A stretch of 64,000 nucleotides of DNA, taken from contig JBBRLI010000012.1 in NCBI GenBank assembly GCA_038231455.1, positions 36,794 to 100,793 of the forward strand, given 5' to 3'. A program made the translations under genes and the position numbers. Positions 37,239-47,244 of this stretch are shown one piece after another. How positions within the stretch are numbered: position 1 is the stretch's first letter; every line of letters begins with the position of its first letter. This DNA is from Vulcanimicrobiales bacterium. Its GTDB lineage: Bacteria; Vulcanimicrobiota; Vulcanimicrobiia; Vulcanimicrobiales; Vulcanimicrobiaceae. The notes under the pieces are model-generated. The model searched no databases. It was given only the letters and a program-made list of their open reading frames with translations, and was not told the origin of the DNA.

Positions 37239-38648
37239 TTAGCCGATTAGTCTTGCCCGGTCGACGCGTTTGCCGCCCTGCACGATCAATTTTGGCGCGG
37301 TTTCTAAAAGCCGGGTGTCGGTCGAGGGGTCTCCGGCGAAGGCCACGACGTCGGCGAGTAATCCAGGGGCGATCCGCCCCCGGTCCGGCGTGCCAAGCAG
37401 ATCGGCGGCGACCGAGGTTGCCGACATTAGCAGGTCGAGAGGACGCATGCCCATCGCCTGCAAGAGCGCGAAGTCTTTGTTGTTTTCTCGGTGCGGGAAG
37501 ACCCCGGCGTCGGTGCCGTAGGCGATCTTCACGCCTGAGGGAACGGCGCGCATCATGCCTGCGTTGCGGATGCGCGCGGCTTGCTGCGCTTTCGCGTAGG
37601 GTCCCGCGGGAATGTGGTTTGGATTGCCCGGTTGCAAGATCGAATCGAGCGCCCAGATTGTCGGCACGAGATACGTTCCGCGCGCTTTCATCTTCGCAAG
37701 CGTCGCGGATTCGACGCCCGTAGCATGTTCGATCGAATGCACGCCGCCTTCGACCGCCATCGCGATCCCTGTATCGCCATGACAGTGCGCTGCCACTTTC
37801 AATCCAAATTTGTGTGCTTCATCGACGAGCGCTTGGATCTCATCGAGATTGAACTGCGGCACATCGAACGCATCTCCGTACGAGAGCACGCCGCCAGTCG
37901 AGGTAATCTTGATCAGATCGACGTGTCGTTTGACGTGCTCGCGCACTTTCTGCCGGAATCCATACGGTCCGAAGGAGACCCCCGACTCGATCTCGCTTCG
38001 AACGTCGACGAACGCCGGAAGATCGTTGTCATCACCGTGTCCGCCCGTAATCGAGAGTGCCGGTCCCGATGCGAGCATGCGCGGGCCGGGAATCGCGCCG
38101 CGCGCGATAGCGTTGCGCATGGCAAGATCGATGCCATTGCCGCCGCCGACATCGCGCACCGTCGTAAAACCGTTTGCGAGCATCTCGGCAGCGTTGCGCG
38201 TGCTGTTCAGGGCGGCTTCTGCGACAGAATCGGCAGAGCCACGCCGGTTCGCCATCAAAAACGACGAGGAGACGACCGACGCGGCCACGTGCGTGTGCGC
38301 GTCGATGAGTCCCGGCATGATTGTTGCATCGCCAAGGTCGATTACCGTCGCGCCGCTCGGCGCATCGCCCGCGTTCATCGAGACGATCTGCGTGCCTTTG
38401 AGGACGACGAGGCCCGGTGTATGCATCCGCGTCCCATCGAAGAGTCGCGCTGCACGGATCACGATCACATCGGTATCCGCTGCGTAGGCTCGCAACGGTC
38501 GCATCGCGAGCGCCCCGCCAAGGGCGAGGACGCCGCTGAGAAACGCCCGCCGCCCAAAAGCCGCTTCGGCAGCGGAAAAAATCGCGGGGTCGAATTCATC
38601 GTGCGGGCACCGGCAGCTCAAATCGGAATGCATGCACGGCCTTTCCAT
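37239..38648 (-). CDS. Amidohydrolase (Xaa-Pro dipeptidase-like), Tat signal
   Basis: GRRAFL; PGLIDAHTH; GFTTVRDVG; AAHCHG; SIEH; GTDAG. Confidence 0.9.
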   Translation of the reverse strand: MERPCMHSDLSCRCPHDEFDPAIFSAAEAAFGRRAFLSGVLALGGALAMRPLRAYAADTDVIVIRAARLFDGTRMHTPGLVVLKGTQIVSMNAGDAPSGATVIDLGDATIMPGLIDAHTHVAASVVSSSFLMANRRGSADSVAEAALNSTRNAAEMLANGFTTVRDVGGGNGIDLAMRNAIARGAIPGPRMLASGPALSITGGHGDDNDLPAFVDVRSEIESGVSFGPYGFRQKVREHVKRHVDLIKITSTGGVLSYGDAFDVPQFNLDEIQALVDEAHKFGLKVAAHCHGDTGIAMAVEGGVHSIEHATGVESATLAKMKARGTYLVPTIWALDSILQPGNPNHIPAGPYAKAQQAARIRNAGMMRAVPSGVKIAYGTDAGVFPHRENNKDFALLQAMGMRPLDLLMSATSVAADLLGTPDRGRIAPGLLADVVAFAGDPSTDTRLLETAPKLIVQGGKRVDRARLIG

Positions 38649-38672
38649 GCACGCACGCCAACTCTTTTGCCG

Positions 38673-38804
38673 CTAGGTTCGCCGCCGCTCGCGGGCGTCA
38701 AGCTCGGCAATCTTCATATAGACAACAACGTACCCAGAGATGGCGATCGACCCAAGGCCAATCGTAGCGGTGACGTACCAAAACCAAAACGGCATGGTGA
38801 ACAT
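38673..38804 (-). CDS. Putative 43-aa membrane micropeptide
   Basis: MFTMPFWFWYVTATIGLGSIAISGYVVVYMKIAELDARERRRT; TGATG coupling to the upstream ORF. Confidence 0.6.
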   Translation of the reverse strand: MFTMPFWFWYVTATIGLGSIAISGYVVVYMKIAELDARERRRT

Positions 38805-38911
38805 CAGCGCTTCACGCGCCCATTGATTGCGCTACCGATAAGACCGACGATACCCCACACGGCCGTCACGATCACCGCCGCTGCGACCCAAAAGATGTCT
38901 TGGCTATTCAT
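38804..38911 (-). CDS. Putative 35-aa membrane micropeptide
   Basis: MNSQDIFWVAAAVIVTAVWGIVGLIGSAINGRVKR; start overlaps the upstream gene end by 8 nt. Confidence 0.6.
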   Translation of the reverse strand: MNSQDIFWVAAAVIVTAVWGIVGLIGSAINGRVKR

Positions 38912-39371
38912 GTGCTCGCACCGCGGATTCTCCAAGAAAGTCCATCTGCTCGATCGTCTGGCGAGCCAGTCGACGATTTTCGATGAGGACGAGTTGCGGG
39001 ACCGAGAAGAGCGACTCCAGCCACCACGCGCCAAGCCCGTTGAGCGTAACGAGGGCAGCCGTGCATTTGCCCCACTGCTGCATGTAGCCAAATGCGCCGA
39101 TCGGACCGAGCACGACGGTCAGCATCCAGGCGACCGCGACATTTTTCGGCCCGGCACGATGGTATTCGTCGTAGAACCGAAGTGTCTGCGCCCGATCCAT
39201 GCCGAGCGTCGCCTCCAGGACCAGTTCCTCGCCACGAGCGATCGCAACGATCACGCGATTGACCGCCGCGGCGAGAAGCGCGAGCACGAGAATCCCGAGC
39301 GTGCCCCAGGCAACCCCGATGACCCGAAGAGCGACGTCATTGAATGCGACGAACACCGGTAAAAACAACAC
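38904..39371 (-). CDS. Membrane protein with a TM2-like segment
   Basis: KNVAVAWMLTVVLGPIGAFGYMQQWGK...LNGLGAWWL resembles TM2/NINE domains; AAGGGG before the GTG start. Confidence 0.65.
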   Translation of the reverse strand: MLFLPVFVAFNDVALRVIGVAWGTLGILVLALLAAAVNRVIVAIARGEELVLEATLGMDRAQTLRFYDEYHRAGPKNVAVAWMLTVVLGPIGAFGYMQQWGKCTAALVTLNGLGAWWLESLFSVPQLVLIENRRLARQTIEQMDFLGESAVRAHE

Positions 39372-39446
39372 GCCCCTTTGACGGGAATCTTTGCGAAGAG
39401 TTCCCAAGCACGGGACCCGGCTTGCGTCCGAGCGAACGCGAATTCG

Positions 39447-40985
39447 GTGCAAGTACGAAATTTTTCGCTGACGGCCGCATGTGCGGTGGCCCTTCTGCTC
39501 GCCGGCAGCCTCGTGCGGACCAGCGCCGCCGAAGTGCCCCCTCCCGCAGCTGCATCGCCAGCCCCGGCACCAAGCGGCATCGTTACCACCCGGCACTCGG
39601 TCACCATCGGCGGCAAGCCGCTCGCGTATAGCGCGCACGCGGGGATGCTGACGCTACGCAACGCAAAAGGCGAACCGACGGCGAACGTCTTCTCCGTCGC
39701 CTACACACTCGACGGTGCAGCGCCGCGCTCGCGGCCCGTGACGTTCGTGTGGAACGGCGGTCCCGGGTCATCCTCGATGTGGCTGCAGATGGGATCGTAC
39801 GCGCCCGTACGGGTGCAAGTGCCCTCGAATGCGGTGGCCGCCGCGCCGAATACGCCGCTCGCACCCAATCCCGATTCGCTCATCGACACGACCGACATGG
39901 TGTTCATCGATGCGATCGGCACCGGCTACAGCGAGATCGCGGAAAAAGGCGATCCCAAGTTGTTCTTCGGGATCGATGAAGACGCGCGCGCATTCGCACA
40001 ATTCATCCGTCTGTGGACGACCGTCAACGATCGTTGGACGTCACCAAAATTCTTGTTCGGCGAATCGTACGGGACGACGCGTGCAGCGGACGTCGTCAAT
40101 CGCCTGCAAGATGACGGCATGGCGATCAACGGAGTCGTGCTGCTTTCCTCGGTCCTGGATTTCAACGCCCTCGACAACGGACAGGGGCCGGGCGAAGACT
40201 ACGGCTACATCGCGTTTCTGCCAACCGAGGCCGCCGTCGCCTGGTACCACAAGCGCGTCGCGGGTAATCCGCCTGACCTCGGGCGCTTCCTCGACACGGT
40301 GCGCGCATTCGCGCTCGGGGCGTACGGCGACGCGCTGCAGCGCGGTGATGCCCTCGACGTCGCCACGCGCCGCAGTGTGATTGCGAAGATCAGCGAGTAT
40401 ACGGGACTCGATCCCGCCTACATCGATCGCGCAAACCTGCGGATCGATCCCGGACGTTTCGAACACCAACTCCTCAGCAACACGGGTCAGACGACCGGTC
40501 GACTCGACGGCCGGTATCAAGGTCCGGAACTCGATCGTACCGGCGATTCGGCGACCTACGATCCGACGAGCGATTCGACGCTGACGGGCGCGTTCGTCGG
40601 CGCGTTTAGCAGCTACGTTCGCAACGACCTCGGCTTCAAAGTCGACCGACCGTACTTCGGAACGAATTATCCCGTTGTGGGCGCGCACTGGAATAACCGA
40701 CGCGAGAATACGATCACGGCCGCAAGCGTCGCCGGAGATTTGCGCGATGCAATGACGAAGAATCCATATTTGCGCGTCTTTTCCGCAAACGGGTATTACG
40801 ACTTGGCAACGCCGTTCTTTGGCACCGAATATACGCTCTCGCATCTCGGTCTTGCGCCGTCGCTTCGTTCGCATATCGAATACGGCTTCTATCCCTCAGG
40901 CCACATGGTCTACATCAACGACGAATCGCGGCGCGCGTTCAAAACCGACCTCGTGCGATTTTACAAAGAAGCGGTAGGGCAATAA
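39447..40985 (+). CDS. S10 family serine carboxypeptidase, secreted
   Basis: NGGPGSSS, DAIGTGYS, GESYG, NGYYDLATP, SGHMVY. Confidence 0.92.
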   Translation: MQVRNFSLTAACAVALLLAGSLVRTSAAEVPPPAAASPAPAPSGIVTTRHSVTIGGKPLAYSAHAGMLTLRNAKGEPTANVFSVAYTLDGAAPRSRPVTFVWNGGPGSSSMWLQMGSYAPVRVQVPSNAVAAAPNTPLAPNPDSLIDTTDMVFIDAIGTGYSEIAEKGDPKLFFGIDEDARAFAQFIRLWTTVNDRWTSPKFLFGESYGTTRAADVVNRLQDDGMAINGVVLLSSVLDFNALDNGQGPGEDYGYIAFLPTEAAVAWYHKRVAGNPPDLGRFLDTVRAFALGAYGDALQRGDALDVATRRSVIAKISEYTGLDPAYIDRANLRIDPGRFEHQLLSNTGQTTGRLDGRYQGPELDRTGDSATYDPTSDSTLTGAFVGAFSSYVRNDLGFKVDRPYFGTNYPVVGAHWNNRRENTITAASVAGDLRDAMTKNPYLRVFSANGYYDLATPFFGTEYTLSHLGLAPSLRSHIEYGFYPSGHMVYINDESRRAFKTDLVRFYKEAVGQ

Positions 40986-40986
40986 C

Positions 40987-42510
40987 GTGCGGATCCTCAT
41001 GACACTCCTCGGCGCAGCGATGCTCGGCGCTCTGCCGGTGGCGGCCGCGGCTCAAACCGCGCCCGCACCGCAAGCGACGCCCACCCCGCGTCCGATCCCC
41101 AAAGTCGCCGACTCCCTCACGCACCACACGATCGTGCTGGGTGGGAAACGCATCGCATACACGGCGCGCGCCGGAACGCTCTTGCTGCGCGATAGCGACG
41201 AACGACCGACCGCCAGCGTCTTTTATGTCGCGTACACCGCCGACGGGGCGGTCGCCCGCAAACGTCCGGTCACATATTTTTGGAACGGCGGACCCGGCTC
41301 ATCCACCATCTGGCTGCACATGGGCTCGTTTGCGCCCGTTCGCGTCCAAGTGCCCGCAAACGGAACGCAGCCGCCGCCGAATGCACCGCTGGTCGACAAT
41401 CCCTCATCGCTCCTCGATACGAGCGATCTTGTTTTCATCGACGCGGTCGGAACCGGCTGGAGTTCGCTTGTCGGTCAGGGCAAAGGCACCGACTTCTGGG
41501 GCATCGACGAAGACGCAAAAGGCTTCGCGCAATTTATCGAACGCTACGCAACGCGCTATGCGCGCTGGGAATCACCGACCTTTCTCTTCGGAGAATCCTA
41601 CGGGACCACGCGCGCGGCGAACGTTGCGAACGTGCTGCAAACGTACGGCATGGCGGTCAGCGGCGTAACGCTGCTCTCCTCGGCACTCGACTACAACGTC
41701 TTGCCGATCAGCAACAACCCGGGCGAAGACCTTGCATACATCGGGTATCTACCGACGGAGGCGGCCGTTGCGTGGTATCACCATAAGGTCCCGGGCAATC
41801 CGAAGAACCTCGAAGCGTTCGTCGCGCAAGCGCGCGCGTTCTCCGGCAGCGACTACGCACGCGCCTTGCGCATGGGCGATAAGCTCGACCCCGCGACGCG
41901 CACGGCTACGATCGCGCGCATTCACGCTTTGACGGGTTTGGACGAGCGCTACATCGACGCGGCAAATATGCGGATCGACCCCAGCCGCTTTCAGATCGAA
42001 CTCCTGCGCGGCGAAGGCAAGAACGTTGGCCGCTACGACGGACGCTACAGCGGCCCGGAGCCCGATCGCAACAGCGCGAATCCGTCGTACGATCCCTCCG
42101 ATACCAACGCTTCAAGCGCGTTCGTTGGAGCGTGGAATCACTACGCGCACGACGTCCTCAACTTCAAAGACGAGCGCCCGTACAACGTCATCGACTTCAC
42201 CGTGAACCAGAATTGGAAATACCAGCGCGGCGAGGATTCGAATGCTCCAACCGTTGTCGCCGACCTGCGGAACGCGGTCATCCAAAACCCCTACCTGCAC
42301 GTGCTCTCAGCGAACGGGTATTTCGATCTTGCGACATCGTTCTACGGAACGGAATATCTGCTCGATCACATGGGCTTGAACGCCGCACAGCGATCGCGCC
42401 TGCACTACGCCTATTTTGCCTCCGGTCACGAAGTCTACCTCAATGGCGTCGCGCTCGTGCAATTCAAAGCAGCGATGGTAAAATTCTACGCCGAGGCACT
42501 CGCGCGCTAG
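40987..42510 (+). CDS. S10 family serine carboxypeptidase, secreted (tandem paralog)
   Basis: NGGPGSST, GESYG, NGYFDLAT, SGHEVY. Confidence 0.92.
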   Translation: MRILMTLLGAAMLGALPVAAAAQTAPAPQATPTPRPIPKVADSLTHHTIVLGGKRIAYTARAGTLLLRDSDERPTASVFYVAYTADGAVARKRPVTYFWNGGPGSSTIWLHMGSFAPVRVQVPANGTQPPPNAPLVDNPSSLLDTSDLVFIDAVGTGWSSLVGQGKGTDFWGIDEDAKGFAQFIERYATRYARWESPTFLFGESYGTTRAANVANVLQTYGMAVSGVTLLSSALDYNVLPISNNPGEDLAYIGYLPTEAAVAWYHHKVPGNPKNLEAFVAQARAFSGSDYARALRMGDKLDPATRTATIARIHALTGLDERYIDAANMRIDPSRFQIELLRGEGKNVGRYDGRYSGPEPDRNSANPSYDPSDTNASSAFVGAWNHYAHDVLNFKDERPYNVIDFTVNQNWKYQRGEDSNAPTVVADLRNAVIQNPYLHVLSANGYFDLATSFYGTEYLLDHMGLNAAQRSRLHYAYFASGHEVYLNGVALVQFKAAMVKFYAEALAR

Positions 42511-43961
42511 TCGGTGCGGTAATTCTCCGCATCGAAGCGCGCGGTCCGGTTCCGAAACGCAAACGTAAATCCGGGCCAGAGCGACACGTTTTTTCCGCTC
42601 GCGTCTTGGTACCAGCTCGAGCAGCCCGTCGCCCACACCGTTCGCTTCATGCGTTTTTGGACGTCATGGTTGAACGTTTGCGAGACATCGGCTTTGACGT
42701 CGATTGCACGCGTATTCGTTTGCTTGAGGTATGCGATCGCGCCCAGAATATAGCGGTACTGGGCCTCCATCATGTAGACCATCGAATTATGCCCGAGACC
42801 CGTATTGGGTCCGATCACAAGAAAGAAGTTGGGGAAACCGGGGATGCTGGTTCCAAGGTAAGCTTCCATCCCCGCGCTCCACGTTGAAGCAAGATCGATA
42901 CCGCGCCGGCCGAAAAATGAAACCGGGGCTGTTCCTTCGGTCGCTTTAAAGCCCGTTCCATAAATAATGACGTCGGCGGGAATTTCGCGCCCGTCGGCCG
43001 TCAACACGGATTGCGCGCGAATTTCATCGAGGCTTGCCGTCAGCAGTTCGACGTTCGCACGTTGGATAGCGGGATAGTAGTCATCGGAGATCAAGATGCG
43101 TTTGCAACCAGCGCGATACGCGGGCGTGAGCTTCTTGCGTAGAACCGGATCGGGGACGGAGCGTTCGAGAAACCTCCGTACACCTGCTTCCTGTTTTTCC
43201 AAAAGTTTTGGATTCACGACGAATCCGAGCGCCCGAATCTCGAGCGTCCAGTAAATTGCTTGGCGCACAAACCATGCGTAGAACGGAATCGCTCTGCGCG
43301 CGAGCTTCCGACCCGGACTGACGGCGCGATCCTTGCGCGGAATGATCCACGGCGGCGTGCGCTGGAAGATCGTAAGTTGCTTGACCAGCGGTGCGATCTG
43401 AGGAACGAACTGGATCGCACTTGCGCCAGTGCCGATCACGACGACGTTCTTACCGTTGAGATCGACCGAATAGTCCCACTTCGATGAATGGAACGACGCG
43501 CCGGCAAACCGCTCCCGACCGGGAATCGCCGGGTAGTTCGGTTTGTTGAGCGGCCCCATCGCCGAGACGACGATTCTGCTGCGAAGCACGTCACCGCTAG
43601 TTAGCCTCACCGCCCACGTGCCGCTCGCATCGTCAAAGCGTGCCTCCGCAAGTTCACTGCCAAAACGAATGTGCTCGTAGACGCCTTGCTTCTTTGCGGT
43701 GCGCTGCAAATAGGTCAGGAGTTCCGGCTGCTGCGGATAGATGCGTGTCCAGCGCGTGTGCGCTTCGAACGAAAACGAATAGAGCATCGAGGGAATATCG
43801 CACGCACAGCCGGGATAGATATTGTCGCGCCACGTCCCGCCGACGTCTGCCGCGCGCTCGAGAATAATGAACGAATCGCGGCCGGCTTTTTTAAGTTGGA
43901 TCGCCATCCCAAGGCCGCCGAATCCGGCCCCGACAACGATCACCTCTGCATCGATCTTCAT
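42507..43961 (-). CDS. Baeyer-Villiger-type flavin monooxygenase
   Basis: GAGFGG, GGTWRDNIYPGCACD, FAGASFHSSKW fingerprint, GTGASA, GTGF. Confidence 0.92.
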   Translation of the reverse strand: MKIDAEVIVVGAGFGGLGMAIQLKKAGRDSFIILERAADVGGTWRDNIYPGCACDIPSMLYSFSFEAHTRWTRIYPQQPELLTYLQRTAKKQGVYEHIRFGSELAEARFDDASGTWAVRLTSGDVLRSRIVVSAMGPLNKPNYPAIPGRERFAGASFHSSKWDYSVDLNGKNVVVIGTGASAIQFVPQIAPLVKQLTIFQRTPPWIIPRKDRAVSPGRKLARRAIPFYAWFVRQAIYWTLEIRALGFVVNPKLLEKQEAGVRRFLERSVPDPVLRKKLTPAYRAGCKRILISDDYYPAIQRANVELLTASLDEIRAQSVLTADGREIPADVIIYGTGFKATEGTAPVSFFGRRGIDLASTWSAGMEAYLGTSIPGFPNFFLVIGPNTGLGHNSMVYMMEAQYRYILGAIAYLKQTNTRAIDVKADVSQTFNHDVQKRMKRTVWATGCSSWYQDASGKNVSLWPGFTFAFRNRTARFDAENYRTD

Positions 43962-44911
43962 TGCGCCGGTATCCCACGCAGGGTCTCCGCAGTCGCGCGA
44001 ATACCCATCGCAAGTGCGCGCTTCGCTTCGGGCACGACGCCCGCTAAATTGACAAATGCGTGCGGGAGTGTCCTTCGCAGGTCGTAGGTGACCGGCACGC
44101 CCGCCTCACGCAGTCGATTGGCATAAGCGTAACCTTCGTCGACCAGCGGATCGTACTGGGCAGCCAACACGTAGGCAGGCGGATGACGCTCGGGGTTCGG
44201 AGCGTCGAGCGTCACGAGCAGCGGTTTGACGAAATCTTCGGGGCCGTTTGTCGAATGCTGCGTAAACCACGCAATCGTCTCGGTCGTGAGCGGTAAGCCG
44301 CTGGGGAATCGGGTGCGCGAGGGAAAGCGCGCACGTCCGTCAACGGACGGGTAAATCAAAAATGCGAAGGCCGGCGGCGGCAAGCCGCGCGATTCGGAAA
44401 AACTTGCGATGCCCGCCGAGAGACCGCCGCCCGCACTATCGCCGCCAACGGCGATACGACGCGGGTCGATGCCCAGCTCCGCCGCATTCGCTCGAAGCCA
44501 CGCGTAAGAATCAAATGCGTCTTCAAAGCCCGACGGAAATTTGTCCTCCGGCCCTAGTCGATAGTCGACCGAGAGCACCGCAAGACGCCCTTCGCGCGCG
44601 AAAAATCGCGTGAGGCCGTCGTAGGCATCGACATCACCGATCACATAGCCGCCACCATGAAAATACAGCAGCACGGGGAGCGTTTCACCCGCCGTCTTTG
44701 CCGGTCGATAGAGCCGCGCATGGATCGCCGCTCCGTCGTTTGTCGGGATCGTACACTCGCGCGTCTCCACACCCGGTACGTTCTTGATTCCGAAGCGCTG
44801 ATTCATTTGCACGTAGGACGCGCGCATCGCACGGACGCTCACCTTCGGATTGAACGACTGGCCAGATTTTTTCGCGAGCCAAAGCAAGAACCGAATACGC
44901 GTATCGAGCAC
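43958..44911 (-). CDS. HSL-family esterase (alpha/beta hydrolase)
   Basis: HGGG, GDSAGG, DPLVDEG, HAF; start taken at GTG VLDTRIR. Confidence 0.9.
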   Translation of the reverse strand: MLDTRIRFLLWLAKKSGQSFNPKVSVRAMRASYVQMNQRFGIKNVPGVETRECTIPTNDGAAIHARLYRPAKTAGETLPVLLYFHGGGYVIGDVDAYDGLTRFFAREGRLAVLSVDYRLGPEDKFPSGFEDAFDSYAWLRANAAELGIDPRRIAVGGDSAGGGLSAGIASFSESRGLPPPAFAFLIYPSVDGRARFPSRTRFPSGLPLTTETIAWFTQHSTNGPEDFVKPLLVTLDAPNPERHPPAYVLAAQYDPLVDEGYAYANRLREAGVPVTYDLRRTLPHAFVNLAGVVPEAKRALAMGIRATAETLRGIPAQ

Positions 44912-44945
44912 CCTGCTCGATACGCCCTCGAAGCGACACAACCCG

Positions 44946-47126
44946 TTAGGGGTGGTACCGCCGTTCGGTATGGCCGATGAGTTGTCCGGGATAGAAGTAG
45001 ACGTCGCGCAGTTCACCCCTACTGTACCGGAGTGCCTCATCGACGAAGTGCGGAGAAGCCGGGCTACCACTCTCGCCGCCCGCCGTCACGGCCTTCGCAC
45101 GGATTACTGGACCGAACTCGACCACCGCAACGAAACTATTGCCATTCGTACCGTAGTGCCGCTTCGTGTGCGAGGCGTTCGTTCCGAATGAGGCAAGCGA
45201 TCCCCACAGACTCGAGGTGAATGGGACGGGAATGCTTGGCGCCGCATCGTCAAAGCGGGCAACGATCGCATCGTTTGTCCGTTGGAACCGATTGATCTCG
45301 CCCCACGGCGTGCGCCACGTCCCGAAATCAGATGTCAGCTTGTCGACGCCCACCTCGAGCGCGTTTACGAGCTGCTCCGGCGTAGCCGCGCGCATCGCAT
45401 CGTAGATCTTGGTTCGCGAACCGGGTGCGTGCGTGTCGACAATGATGCCGAGCGCCTCGCCGAAAAAAACGGCGAGCGATGTTGGGATCGACGTAGCCGA
45501 CCAGCGATCGTCCCATCCGCGCAGCAGCGTAATCGGTTCGACAAATTTTGCTTTGCGGGAATCGCTTTGCGGCAATGCGTCGTAAGCGGCAACGAGCTTG
45601 GGCACGAGATCGGCAAAGGCCGGGAGGTACGGGTCGTACGCCGCTGCGATGAGACTATCGAGCGTGAAGTCGGTGCGTCCGGTCAGCAGTAAGGTATCGT
45701 GCACACCGCGCGCGTTTTCGCCGGCCGTGTCCATGTAGTGCGGAAAATTCTCGATCTTCGGACTGTTCGCGCCCGCCGACGAGTACGGCCAATTGTTGGA
45801 ATTGGCGATCCAGCCGTTGGGCGGGTCGAGCAGATGCGGCGCCTCATCGAGCGCATGCAGTCCATGCCAATCCGTTTTGGGGTCGGTGCCGTCGACGGGC
45901 TGCGTGTAGTCGAAGTGGTCATCACGGCGCGGAATGAATTGCGGATGAAGGTACGCGATCTCGCCTTTGCCATCGGCGAAAATCGTGTTGTTCGATGAAT
46001 TCGCGCGAAGCTCGGCGACGCGCAGGAATGTCGCGTAGTCGATTGCCTTCGTGCGCAGATACGACTGGCTCAGTGCCGCCACCGGCTTCTGCATGAGCGC
46101 GACGCTTATCCATTTGTCGCCCGCTGAGCGCACGACCGGACCGCGATGCGTGCGGTAGGTGGTGAACGTTTTGTAAGCCATCGGGCCATTCGCGGTGCGG
46201 TACGGCACCACGATACGCGCGGTGATGATCGGGCGTTCTTCGTTGCCATACCGATAGAAGATTTTGTCATTGCGGCGGACGATCGTCTCGGTGAAAAAGT
46301 CGACCGAATCGACGCCGCTCGAGGTATGCATCCAACCCGCGTGTTCGTTGAAGCCTTGATAGACGAAGAACTGGCCCCAGGTCACCGCACCGTAGACGTT
46401 GAGTCCGGTATCGCTCGTCATCTGGAGCTCGGAGCGGAAGTAAAATGACGTGTGCGGATTGATCAGCAGGAGCGCGTGATGACCAACCGTCGCCGCGGGA
46501 GCGATGGCGATTCCGTTGGAACCGGTCGGCTCGGGGAAGCGCGTGTTGAAATCGGTCGGAATGGCCGACGTTTTTTGGATGCCGCCGTAAAGTCCGGCGA
46601 GTCCGTCGGTCGAGACGCGCTCGATGTCGCCGCCGATGCTGCCCTCGGTGAAGCTGAGCGCCATCCAGGGTTCGAAGCGACGGAGTACACGCGGATGCAC
46701 GGTCGGATGCACGGCGAGATAATAGTTCAGCCCGTCCGCCCACGCGTTCATCAGCGACTGAAGAAACGTCGGGCTGCCTGCGTACTGCGCGCGCAATTCC
46801 ACGGGATCGATGAAGAGCTTCATCCGAAGATCGGCGTAGATCGATCGCTCGCCTTCGGCCTCGGACACACGTCCGAGCGCCATCAGGTAATTGTATTCAA
46901 CGCGATTGAAATCGTCTTCCGCCTGCGCATAGATCATGCCGAAAACGGCATCGGCATCGGTCTTGCCGTGGACGTGAGCGATTCCCCAATCATCGCGAAC
47001 GATCGTAACGCGTGCCGCCTCTGCTCGCCAGCGCGCGGTGTCGCCGTCCGCTGATGCGGCCGCAATCGTGGGTGTCAGGAGAAGCCACGAGATACAAATC
47101 AAGGCCGTCGTAAACAATCGAGTCAT
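44946..47126 (-). CDS. Penicillin/AHL acylase family (S45 Ntn hydrolase), secreted
   Basis: Signal peptide, RDDWGIAHVHG, GSNG autocatalytic Ser, NPH, GNSFVAVVEF. Confidence 0.92.
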   Translation of the reverse strand: MTRLFTTALICISWLLLTPTIAAASADGDTARWRAEAARVTIVRDDWGIAHVHGKTDADAVFGMIYAQAEDDFNRVEYNYLMALGRVSEAEGERSIYADLRMKLFIDPVELRAQYAGSPTFLQSLMNAWADGLNYYLAVHPTVHPRVLRRFEPWMALSFTEGSIGGDIERVSTDGLAGLYGGIQKTSAIPTDFNTRFPEPTGSNGIAIAPAATVGHHALLLINPHTSFYFRSELQMTSDTGLNVYGAVTWGQFFVYQGFNEHAGWMHTSSGVDSVDFFTETIVRRNDKIFYRYGNEERPIITARIVVPYRTANGPMAYKTFTTYRTHRGPVVRSAGDKWISVALMQKPVAALSQSYLRTKAIDYATFLRVAELRANSSNNTIFADGKGEIAYLHPQFIPRRDDHFDYTQPVDGTDPKTDWHGLHALDEAPHLLDPPNGWIANSNNWPYSSAGANSPKIENFPHYMDTAGENARGVHDTLLLTGRTDFTLDSLIAAAYDPYLPAFADLVPKLVAAYDALPQSDSRKAKFVEPITLLRGWDDRWSATSIPTSLAVFFGEALGIIVDTHAPGSRTKIYDAMRAATPEQLVNALEVGVDKLTSDFGTWRTPWGEINRFQRTNDAIVARFDDAAPSIPVPFTSSLWGSLASFGTNASHTKRHYGTNGNSFVAVVEFGPVIRAKAVTAGGESGSPASPHFVDEALRYSRGELRDVYFYPGQLIGHTERRYHP

Positions 47127-47244
47127 CAGTGTATCCGATTCCATTCCGGCGATCGGAAGACTTTTTCGATAGCCGACCATCCGTTCATCTGCGGGTCAGC
47201 TTCGCCGTGCAAGCTGTACCCGGTGGCAAGCGAAGAGAGAGACG

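Noticed and set aside
37581-39362. 593-aa plus-strand ORF, and similar long ORFs at 18219-19508, 19954-21432 and 47962-49266
   Set aside because: Antisense shadows of well-supported genes in GC-rich DNA; Arg/Ser-rich with no motifs.
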